Shown piece by piece: positions 41,419 to 48,851 of a stretch of 64,000 nt of DNA (position 1 is the stretch's first letter; the number at the start of each line of letters is the position of its first letter). The stretch is from assembly GCA_965228475.1 (NCBI GenBank), contig OZ245817.1:4224001-4288000 (forward strand). Direction: 5' to 3'. This stretch comes from Myxococcota bacterium (GTDB lineage Bacteria; Myxococcota_A; UBA9160; JAFDDA01). The position numbers and the translations under genes are program-made. The notes beneath the pieces were generated by a model. That model searched no databases, was not told where the DNA came from, and saw only the letters and a program-made list of their open reading frames with translations.

Positions 41419-41427
41419 CGCGGAACG

Positions 41428-42861
41428 TTAACGGGAATCGGGCGGAGGGGCTTCCGCAGCGGAACCCCGCCCCGCGGCCTCGGAGAGCACCTCGTGCTCC
41501 GGGTAGAGCGTGTAGAGAAGCGCCGAGACGAGGCACAGCCCCGCGGCGACGGGCCCGACGAGCAGCACGCCCAGGGGCTCCTCGGCGCTGTTTCCGAAGC
41601 GCGCGAACAGGAACGCCAGGATCGCACCGGAGATCCCGTACACGAACTTCGTGCACAGCCCCTGGATTCCGAAGAACATCGCCGCCCGGTTCGCCCCCGT
41701 GCGCGCTTCGTCCCGATCGACGAGCTGACTGATGATGACGTGGGGGATGACCATGAATCCGGCGACGGGCGGGCCGCAGCCGATCATCGCGACGACGAGG
41801 ATCGCGAGATTCATGCGGTCGCGAGCGGTGCCCGGCTCGGCGGGTTCGAGCGCCCCGAGCAGGCCGAGGGCGACCGCGAACGTCCCCACGCTCGCGACGA
41901 GGGCCCGCTTCGCACCGAACCGCTCGCCGAAGCGCTGGACGAGCGGCAGCGCCCCGGCCGTCGCGAGCGCCAGCACCAGGCCGAAGATCGCCGCGAAGCC
42001 CTCGGTGCGGTTCAGGATCACGCGCGGGTAGTACGTCAACACCGGCTGCACGAGGTTCACACCCAGGATGAAGAAGATCTGCGCCACGAGGTAGATCACG
42101 AAGGGCCGGTTCACGAGCGTGGCGCGGATCGCGGCGCCGAGGGGCAGATCCGAGGAGACGGAGCGGGCGTGGCGCCGCTCGTCGATGGCGAGGATGGGAA
42201 GCAGGCAGAAGGCGAAGGAGGCCCCCGCCAGCCCGATGACCACGGCGCGGATCGCCGCGCTCGGATCGGTGCCCATGCGGACCAGTGCGTCGAAACCGAC
42301 CGTCCAGGCGCCGAAGGCGATCGTCACCGGGAAGGTGACCCAGGCCAGGAGCGTCGCGAGCCGCACCCGCTCCGCGTGGCCCTGGGCGAGCTCCGGGATC
42401 AGCGCGAGGTAGGGCGCCACGTAGACGGTGAACGCGACGTAGTAGAGGGCCAGCACGAGAGCGAGCCAGGCGAAGTTGGCCGAGCTCGCGACGGCGTCCG
42501 GCGGGAAGAAGATCAGCACCGGTAGGAGCGTCATCGGCACGATGCCGTAGATCAGGTAGGAGCGGCGGCGGCCGAGGCGCGAGCGCGAGCGGTCCGACCC
42601 GTAGCCGACGAAGGGGTCCGCGCCCGCGTCGAACAGCCGGCCGATCATCGTCGCGACGCCGAAGGCCGTGAGTCCGCCGAAGAAGATGTCCTGCCCGATG
42701 CGCGCCGGGAGCCCGACCCCCTCCGGCGGCAGGTAGAAGAAGATCGCGACGACGTAGACGATCCGGTCCGAGAGACTGAACCCCGCCGAGCCCATCGCGA
42801 AGGCGAGGCGGCGGCGGCGGGAGAGCTCCTCCTTCGGCCCGTCTCCCGCCGCCTCACTCAT
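41428..42861 (-). CDS. MFS transporter (GPH/MelB-like)
   Basis: FDAGADPFVGYGSDR.RSRLGRRR, PYLALIPELA; about 12 TM helices. Confidence 0.85.
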   Translation of the reverse strand: MSEAAGDGPKEELSRRRRLAFAMGSAGFSLSDRIVYVVAIFFYLPPEGVGLPARIGQDIFFGGLTAFGVATMIGRLFDAGADPFVGYGSDRSRSRLGRRRSYLIYGIVPMTLLPVLIFFPPDAVASSANFAWLALVLALYYVAFTVYVAPYLALIPELAQGHAERVRLATLLAWVTFPVTIAFGAWTVGFDALVRMGTDPSAAIRAVVIGLAGASFAFCLLPILAIDERRHARSVSSDLPLGAAIRATLVNRPFVIYLVAQIFFILGVNLVQPVLTYYPRVILNRTEGFAAIFGLVLALATAGALPLVQRFGERFGAKRALVASVGTFAVALGLLGALEPAEPGTARDRMNLAILVVAMIGCGPPVAGFMVIPHVIISQLVDRDEARTGANRAAMFFGIQGLCTKFVYGISGAILAFLFARFGNSAEEPLGVLLVGPVAAGLCLVSALLYTLYPEHEVLSEAAGRGSAAEAPPPDSR

Positions 42862-44368
42862 GGCCGGCGATCCGTAGGCCCGCCGGAACGAGCCGGCGCT
42901 CGCTCCACTCGAACAGGCCCTGGACCGCCAGGGCGAGCAGCGCCGCCGGAACGGCGCCCTCGAGGATCAGCCCGGCGTCGTCGAGGCGGATGCCGGAGAG
43001 GATCGGCTGTCCGTAGCCCCCTGCCCCGACCAGCGCGCCGAGGGTGGCGAAGCCGACGTTGATCACCGCCGCCGTCTTCACGCCGGCGAGAATCGTGCGC
43101 GAAGCCATGGGCAGCTCGACGAGGCGCAGGCGTGCGCGGCCGTCGAGCCCGAGCGCTTCGGCGCTCTCGCGCAGGGAGAGCGGGATGTCGTGAAGGCCCG
43201 CGTGGGTGTTCCGGACGATGGGCAGGAGGCTGTAGAGGAAGAGCGCGAGGATCGCGGGGGGGTCGCCGAGGCTCGAGACGCCGAACGGGCGCAGCAGGCC
43301 GAGCAGCGGCATCAGCAGCACGAGCAGCGCCAGGGCCGGGATCGTCTGGATCACGCCGACGGTCACGAGGATCGGCTGGGCCAGGCGCTGGCGCCGCGCG
43401 GCGAGGATGCCGAGCGGCAGGGCCACGAGCAGTGCCGCAGAGAGGGAGAGCGCCACGAGGCGCAGGTGATCGAGCGTGTTCCCGAGCACGCGGCTCGCGA
43501 GGCCCCGCTCTTCGACTTCGTGTGCGATCCCGGTCGCCGCGAGCACGAACTCCGCGGCAACGACCGTCTCGCGGTCGCCGTCGAGCTTGGCGCGGGCGTT
43601 CATGGCGACCATCGTCGCCTCGTCGATCCGCCCGACGACGGAGGCGAGCGCGGCGACGCCGGCCGGGTGACGGGCCTCGAGATCCTCGCGCCACAGCCAG
43701 ACGGCGTCGTAGCGCGGGAAGTGACCGCGGTCGTCCTCGAGCACGCGCAGGCCGTAGTAGGCGATCTCCGCGTCGGTCGAATAGAGCTCGGTCACGTCGA
43801 GGGCACCCTGCTCGAGGCCGCGGTAGGCGATGTCGTGGTCGAGGCCGCGCACGTTCTCCTGGGGGAGGCCGTAGTGCCGCCGCACCGAGGGCCAGCCGTC
43901 TTCGCGCCGCATGAACTCGTCGGTGAAGCCGAAGACGAGCTCCGGGTGGCGGACCAGGTCCGAGACCGTGCGGATCCCGAGCTCCGCCGCCCGGGCCTCC
44001 CTCATCCCGAACGCGTAGGTGTTGTTGAAGCCGAGCGGCCGGCTCATGCGCACGCCGTGTTCGGCGAGCGCACGCTCGAGCGAGGCGGCGTCCGCGAGCT
44101 CCCGCCCCGCGAAGATCTCGCCGCGCAGGGTTCCGGTGTATTCGGGGTAGACGTCGAGTTCGCCCTGAACGAGGGCGTTCCAGAGGATCCGCGTGCCGCC
44201 GAGCTCGCGCCGGTGCTCGGCCGTTGCACCCGCCTCGGCGAGCAGCACCGTCGCCACCTCCCCGAGCAGCACCGACTCGGTGAACTTCTTCGAACCCACG
44301 CGCACGGGCTCCGCGCCGGCCGCGAGCGGCAGGCAGGCGAGGAGCGCCGCGAGGAAGCCCGCCCTCAT
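42854..44368 (-). CDS. Osmoprotectant ABC transporter, fused substrate-binding + permease
   Basis: VGSKKFTES, YPEYTGT, GFNNTY, YSTD; QTIPALALL, ESAEALGL (EAA loop). Confidence 0.9.
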   Translation of the reverse strand: MRAGFLAALLACLPLAAGAEPVRVGSKKFTESVLLGEVATVLLAEAGATAEHRRELGGTRILWNALVQGELDVYPEYTGTLRGEIFAGRELADAASLERALAEHGVRMSRPLGFNNTYAFGMREARAAELGIRTVSDLVRHPELVFGFTDEFMRREDGWPSVRRHYGLPQENVRGLDHDIAYRGLEQGALDVTELYSTDAEIAYYGLRVLEDDRGHFPRYDAVWLWREDLEARHPAGVAALASVVGRIDEATMVAMNARAKLDGDRETVVAAEFVLAATGIAHEVEERGLASRVLGNTLDHLRLVALSLSAALLVALPLGILAARRQRLAQPILVTVGVIQTIPALALLVLLMPLLGLLRPFGVSSLGDPPAILALFLYSLLPIVRNTHAGLHDIPLSLRESAEALGLDGRARLRLVELPMASRTILAGVKTAAVINVGFATLGALVGAGGYGQPILSGIRLDDAGLILEGAVPAALLALAVQGLFEWSERRLVPAGLRIAGHE

Positions 44369-45117
44369 GCAGGGCTCCCGGCGAGGGTCTCGAGCGGGCT
44401 GCGCTGGGCGTTCACGAAGCGGGTGACGAAGGGGTCCGCCGGCCGGGCGACCAGGTCTTCGAGCGAGCCGCTCTGGACGACGCGCCCCTCGCGCAGGAGC
44501 ACGATCCCGCTTGCGAGGAAGCCGGCCTCGCCGATGTCGTGGGTCACGAGCACGACGGTCTTCCCGAGCGCCGCGAAGACCCGGCGCAGGTCGTCCTGGA
44601 GGTCCGAGCGGATCATCGGGTCGAGGGCGCCGAGCGGTTCGTCGAGCAGCAGCACGTCCGGGTCGAGCATGAGCGCCCGCATCAGGCTCACCCGTTGGCG
44701 CTGGCCGCCGGAGAGCTGCACGGGAAAGCGCTCGAGCCCGTCCGCCGGGAAGCGCGTGAGCTCGCAGAGCTCGGCGATGCGCGCCTCGACGCGTTCCCGC
44801 TCCCAGCCGATGTGACGCGCCGCGAGGGCGACGTTCCCGCGCGCGTCGAGGTGCGGGAAGAGCCCGCCATCCTGGATCACGTAGCCCATGCGCCGCCGCA
44901 GTCCGGTCGGCTCCGCCGCGGCCACCGGGGTGCCGTCGAAGAGGACCTCTCCGGCGTCGGGCGTGAGGAGACCGATCAGGAGGCGCAGGATCGTCGACTT
45001 GCCGCAGCCGCTCGGGCCGAGCAGGGCCGTCGTCTCGCCCCGGGGAAGCGTGAGGTCGACCCCCTCCAGGGCGAGCTGGCCGGCGAAGGCGCGCGAGACG
45101 CCTCGAAGCTCGAACAT
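44365..45117 (-). CDS. Osmoprotectant ABC transporter ATP-binding protein
   Basis: GPSGCGKS, LSGGQRQR, LLLDEP, VTHD. Confidence 0.93.
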   Translation of the reverse strand: MFELRGVSRAFAGQLALEGVDLTLPRGETTALLGPSGCGKSTILRLLIGLLTPDAGEVLFDGTPVAAAEPTGLRRRMGYVIQDGGLFPHLDARGNVALAARHIGWERERVEARIAELCELTRFPADGLERFPVQLSGGQRQRVSLMRALMLDPDVLLLDEPLGALDPMIRSDLQDDLRRVFAALGKTVVLVTHDIGEAGFLASGIVLLREGRVVQSGSLEDLVARPADPFVTRFVNAQRSPLETLAGSPA

Positions 45118-45126
45118 GCCGCCACT

Positions 45127-46209
45127 CTACTCGTTTGAGCGGTTCGCGACCTGCGGCGATTCGGGGACCCGCCACACCCCGCCCACGGGCAGCACGTGCA
45201 CGCGCCCCGGGCCCTCCCCTTCCCGCGCGAGCACGCGAGCGAGCTCGCGCGGCGCCTCGTCGATCGGCTCGTCGGTGAGGTCGAAGGTGCCCCAGTGCAT
45301 CGGAAGGAAGTGCCGCGCGCGCAGGTCCTCGAAGGCCTGCCAAGCCTCGGCGGGATTCATGTGGGCTTCGCGCATGAACCAGCGCGGCTCGTAGGCGCCG
45401 ATCGGCAGCATCGCCACGTCGATCGGGCCGAAGCGCTTGCCGTACTCGGCGAAGCCGTGGAAGTAGCCGGTGTCGCCGGCGTGGAAGTAGCTGCGCTCGG
45501 CGTTCCGGATGAGCCAGGCGCACCATAGCGATTCGTTCATGCCCTGCTCGATGCGCCGCGACCAGTGCTGGGAGGGAAGACACGTCAGGGTGAAGCGCCC
45601 GTGTCGGACGCTCTCCCACCAATCGAGCTCGACCACGCGCTCGGCGCCGCGGCTCCGGAACCAGTCCGCCAGGCCAAGCGGTACGAACCAGTCGACGTCC
45701 GGCAGCTTCTTCACCGTGCCGGCGTCGAGATGGTCGTAGTGGTTGTGGGAGATCACGGCGAAGGCATCTTCCGGCACCGCCTCGATGGGCAGTCCGGGCG
45801 GCGTCTGCCGCGGGACGACGAGCGCCCGTTCGCCGAAGTGCGGGTCCGTCAGGAAGACGTCGTCGCCGTCGCGGACCGCGAAGGTCGCGTGCCCCACCCA
45901 GACCACGACGGCCGAGCGGTCGTCCGGCCCGGCGCTCGCCAGCACCTCGGGCCCGGCAGGCTCGACGGCCACGACGGGGTCCGGGGCGCCCGCGAAGGCG
46001 TTGCGCGTGAGGAACCAGCGGAACCCGCCGAGCATGCCGCGGTCGCTTGGAAGCCACGGGTTGAAGAAGGAGCCGACCCGGCCGTGCTCGGCCTCGAGCA
46101 GCCCCACGTCCTCGATCGGGAGTGACGGTTCGACCTCCGGCGGGGCCAGGCAGCCCGCCGGGAGCAGAGCGACGGCGACGCAGAAGGGGGCAAGGATGGC
46201 GAAGCGCAC
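45127..46209 (-). CDS. MBL-fold metallo-hydrolase (NAPE-PLD/RomA-like), lipoprotein-like signal
   Basis: WVGHAT, SHNHYDHLD, QHWSRR, AGDTGY, PIGAYEP, PMHWGTF; start approximate. Confidence 0.85.
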   Translation of the reverse strand: MRFAILAPFCVAVALLPAGCLAPPEVEPSLPIEDVGLLEAEHGRVGSFFNPWLPSDRGMLGGFRWFLTRNAFAGAPDPVVAVEPAGPEVLASAGPDDRSAVVVWVGHATFAVRDGDDVFLTDPHFGERALVVPRQTPPGLPIEAVPEDAFAVISHNHYDHLDAGTVKKLPDVDWFVPLGLADWFRSRGAERVVELDWWESVRHGRFTLTCLPSQHWSRRIEQGMNESLWCAWLIRNAERSYFHAGDTGYFHGFAEYGKRFGPIDVAMLPIGAYEPRWFMREAHMNPAEAWQAFEDLRARHFLPMHWGTFDLTDEPIDEAPRELARVLAREGEGPGRVHVLPVGGVWRVPESPQVANRSNE

Positions 46210-46258
46210 GGCAATGCCTAGCTTAGCTGCTCGATTCCCCTCGTCTCGGAGGCGCCCC

Positions 46259-46849
46259 TTGGATTCCCTCGTCGCGAACGGTCTGGCCCACCACTGGCAG
46301 CTCCACCGGCCGATCTGGTCGCTGCTCGGCGCGCGCTGCCGCATCCTCGACGAACGCGGGGAGCTCGTCCTGTTCGCCCGCCGCAAGCCGCTGCGCCTGC
46401 GCGAGCACATCGAGATCTTCGAGGACGAAGGCGAGACGCGTGCGGCGCTGCGGATCCAGACCGAGAGCGTGCTCGACCTCGGCGCGACCTACGTGATCAC
46501 CGACGCCCGCAGCGGCGAGGGCGTCGGCATGGCGCGCCGGCGCTTCATGCGCTCCATGCTGCGCGACCACTGGGACCTGCTGGACGCCGGCGGAAACCCC
46601 CTCGGCGAGGCCCAGGAAGACTCGGCCGCCCTGGCGCTCCTTCGCCGCTTCATCGCCAACTTCGTGCCCCAGCGCATCGACGTCCACGTGCGCGGGCAGC
46701 TCGTGGCGGAGCTCCGCCAGCGCTGGAACCCCTTCGTCTTCCGGGCCGACCTCACCATGCCCGCCGGCGCCGACGCCACCCTCGACCCGCGCCTGCTGCT
46801 CGGGCTGGCCGTCCTGCTCATGGTGATCGAGGGCCGGCAGGACGGCTGA
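46259..46849 (+). CDS. LURP-one/scramblase-like hypothetical protein
   Basis: GGAGG SD before TTG; RKPLRLREHI, GATY.I.D, LRDHW, LDPRLLL. Confidence 0.6.
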   Translation: MDSLVANGLAHHWQLHRPIWSLLGARCRILDERGELVLFARRKPLRLREHIEIFEDEGETRAALRIQTESVLDLGATYVITDARSGEGVGMARRRFMRSMLRDHWDLLDAGGNPLGEAQEDSAALALLRRFIANFVPQRIDVHVRGQLVAELRQRWNPFVFRADLTMPAGADATLDPRLLLGLAVLLMVIEGRQDG

Positions 46850-46889
46850 TCCAAGCCGACGCGGCCCCCGCCGAACGCCCCCGGGCCCG

Positions 46890-46929
46890 AAAAAGTCAAA
46901 GCCCGGAGCCGACTTCCGGCTCCGGGCTT
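46890..46929 (-). terminator. Rho-independent terminator
   Basis: Perfect 13-bp stem 46899-46911/46917-46929, ending in UUUGACUUUUU on the - strand. Confidence 0.8.
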
Positions 46930-46960
46930 CCCTGGGAAGGGGATATTGTGTTGTCACAGG
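46893..46960 (-). ncRNA. Candidate ~70-nt sRNA
   Basis: Low-GC C-rich segment between a GCGTCCA -10-like element (46972-46966) and a strong terminator; no credible ORF. Confidence 0.35.
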
Positions 46961-47099
46961 GGAAGTGGACGCGGACCCCGGGTTGGTGTCAGAACCCAAC
47001 GCACTTTTTCCCGATGCGCAGCCCGGCGGCAGCCGAGCGGCAGCAAGCCCCCGAAAAGGGGCTCTGGAGCCGACTTCGCGGAGGAACGGCCGGAGCGGC

Positions 47100-47528
47100 C
47101 TAGAAACGGGCCTCGAGGTGCACCAGCAGGTTGCCGCCCTGGTAGGGCTCCGGGTGGCGGATCGTGACCCGCTTGCCGTTGCGCATGCGCAGGTCGCTGC
47201 GGGTCGCTCCCTGGACCTCGACGTGCATGGCCAGCTGGCCGCCCTGCACCCCGCTCGGGCGCAGCTTCACCATCCGGCCGTTCGGCAGCTGGTGCGAGCC
47301 TTCCTGGTTCATCGCGATGTTGAGCGTCGTCGACTGCAGCACGCGATGGCTCTTCGGCGCGAAGCCCTGGGGCAGCAGATCCCGTCGCTCGACCGGCCCG
47401 GGCTGGGTCGACGTGTGGCTCACCATCACGTTGACCTGGACGTTCTGCGCCGTCGCCGTACCGGCGAAGCCGAGGAGGACCGCCGCGAGGAGCCAGAGCG
47501 AAACCTTCGTGAGACTAGATGAAAGCAC
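47100..47528 (-). CDS. Small secreted hypothetical protein in ECF operon
   Basis: GTG 47528 gives a clean signal peptide (..LLAAVLLGFAGTATA/Q); alternative in-frame GTG at 47600. Confidence 0.6.
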   Translation of the reverse strand: MLSSSLTKVSLWLLAAVLLGFAGTATAQNVQVNVMVSHTSTQPGPVERRDLLPQGFAPKSHRVLQSTTLNIAMNQEGSHQLPNGRMVKLRPSGVQGGQLAMHVEVQGATRSDLRMRNGKRVTIRHPEPYQGGNLLVHLEARF

Positions 47529-47608
47529 GGGTGTTCGCCGAAGACCGAGTCCAGGCGATTGCACGGAAGCTCCTCGAAGACTGAGACTAGATGAAAGCAC
47601 GGGTGTTC
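47510..47608. repeat. 27-bp direct repeat, 72-bp period, over the anti-sigma stop / next gene start
   Basis: TGAGACTAGATGAAAGCACGGGTGTTC at 47510-47536 and 47582-47608. Confidence 0.9.
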
Positions 47609-48090
47609 CTCGAAGACGTATCCGTCTCGGTTGCAGCGGGTTCCATCACCCAGATGATGGTCGCTTCGTCCTCACCTTGGAGCAGCATGACGGAGTTCTC
47701 GCCCGGATCCAAGTATTGCACGACGTCGGCGAGGCCCGCGGGCTCGCTGCCCGAGAGCACGAAGATCCCGACGGCGGCCGCCGCGGCCGCCGCGACCGCC
47801 GCCCCGGCGGGCCGGAAGATCCAGCCGAGCGCCTCGGCGAAGCCACCGCCCGCCTCCGCTTCGACGACGGGCCCCCGCGGCAGCTCGCGTGCGATCTCGG
47901 CCCAGAGGTCCGGCTCCGGCCCCGCGGACTGGCTCTCCCGCACCCACTCCCCGACGAGGGACAGGCCCTCGAGGTCCTCGCGAGCCTCGGGCGACGCCGC
48001 CAGCACGCGCTCGACGCGCTTGCGCGCCAGCCAGCCGAGCTCGCCGTCGAAATAGGCCTGGAGCGTCTCTTCGTTCAGTTTCTTCGTCAT
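47587..48090 (-). CDS. Membrane anti-sigma factor
   Basis: LQAYFDGEL...VERVL (ZAS-like without Zn ligands), one TM helix, TIIWV; overlaps the sigma stop. Confidence 0.75.
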   Translation of the reverse strand: MTKKLNEETLQAYFDGELGWLARKRVERVLAASPEAREDLEGLSLVGEWVRESQSAGPEPDLWAEIARELPRGPVVEAEAGGGFAEALGWIFRPAGAAVAAAAAAAVGIFVLSGSEPAGLADVVQYLDPGENSVMLLQGEDEATIIWVMEPAATETDTSSRNTRAFI

Positions 48091-48851
48091 CACGCGTTCT
48101 CCGGGGATGCCGTCCGGCCCACATGAACCCCCGCCTCGATCAAGAGCTCCTGCACCTGCTTCCGGGCGTAGTGCAGCCGGCTCATCACGGTGCCCTTCGG
48201 GATGGAAAGGGCGCTGGCGATCTCGGCGTAGGAAAGTCCTTCCACCTCGCGCAGGAGCAGGGTCTCGCGCGCCTCGGTGGGCAATTTGTCGATGGCCTCG
48301 GTGATGCGCTTGCGCAGCTCGGAGCGCTCGAGCGCCTGGGCCGGCCCGGGGTTGCTGGGCCCGCGCCCGGCCAGCGCCTCGGCCGAAGCGCCGCCCGCCG
48401 GGTCTCCCGGGTGCGTCTCGTCCCACTCGACTTCGCGGTCGGACTTGTCGCGGCGTTTCATGTCCAGGCAGAGGTTCATCACGAGTCGGTACAACCAGGT
48501 GTAGAAGCTGGATCGCCCTTCGAACTTGGAGAGCGAGGTGTAGGCCTTCAGGAACCCTTCCTGGACGGCGTCGCGAGCTCGCTCCTCGTCTCGCAAGACC
48601 CGGAGCGCGAGGGCGAAGGCCCGGCCCTGGTACTTCTCGACGAGCTGCCGGAACGCCTCGTGGTCGCCCTTCTTCGCGCGCGCCACGATCTCCGCGTCCG
48701 CAGGCCCGGCCGACTTCTTTGCCGGCCTCCGCTTGCCCTCAGCGGACTGCCGCTTGCCGCCAGTGCCAATCGCCCCGTCTCCTTCCGGTCTCGGGGGTTT
48801 GGACGCACCGGAGCTCCCGGGTATTCGGCCCTTGGGGTCCGCGGGGCTCAA
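48090..48851 (-). CDS. ECF (sigma-70 group 4) sigma factor
   Basis: DAEIVARAKKGD..AF, DAVQEGFLKAY, FYTWLYR, LREVEGLSYAEIA..L.IPKGTVMSRLH. Start uncertain (TTG 48851 or ATT 48770). Confidence 0.9.
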   Translation of the reverse strand: MSPADPKGRIPGSSGASKPPRPEGDGAIGTGGKRQSAEGKRRPAKKSAGPADAEIVARAKKGDHEAFRQLVEKYQGRAFALALRVLRDEERARDAVQEGFLKAYTSLSKFEGRSSFYTWLYRLVMNLCLDMKRRDKSDREVEWDETHPGDPAGGASAEALAGRGPSNPGPAQALERSELRKRITEAIDKLPTEARETLLLREVEGLSYAEIASALSIPKGTVMSRLHYARKQVQELLIEAGVHVGRTASPENA

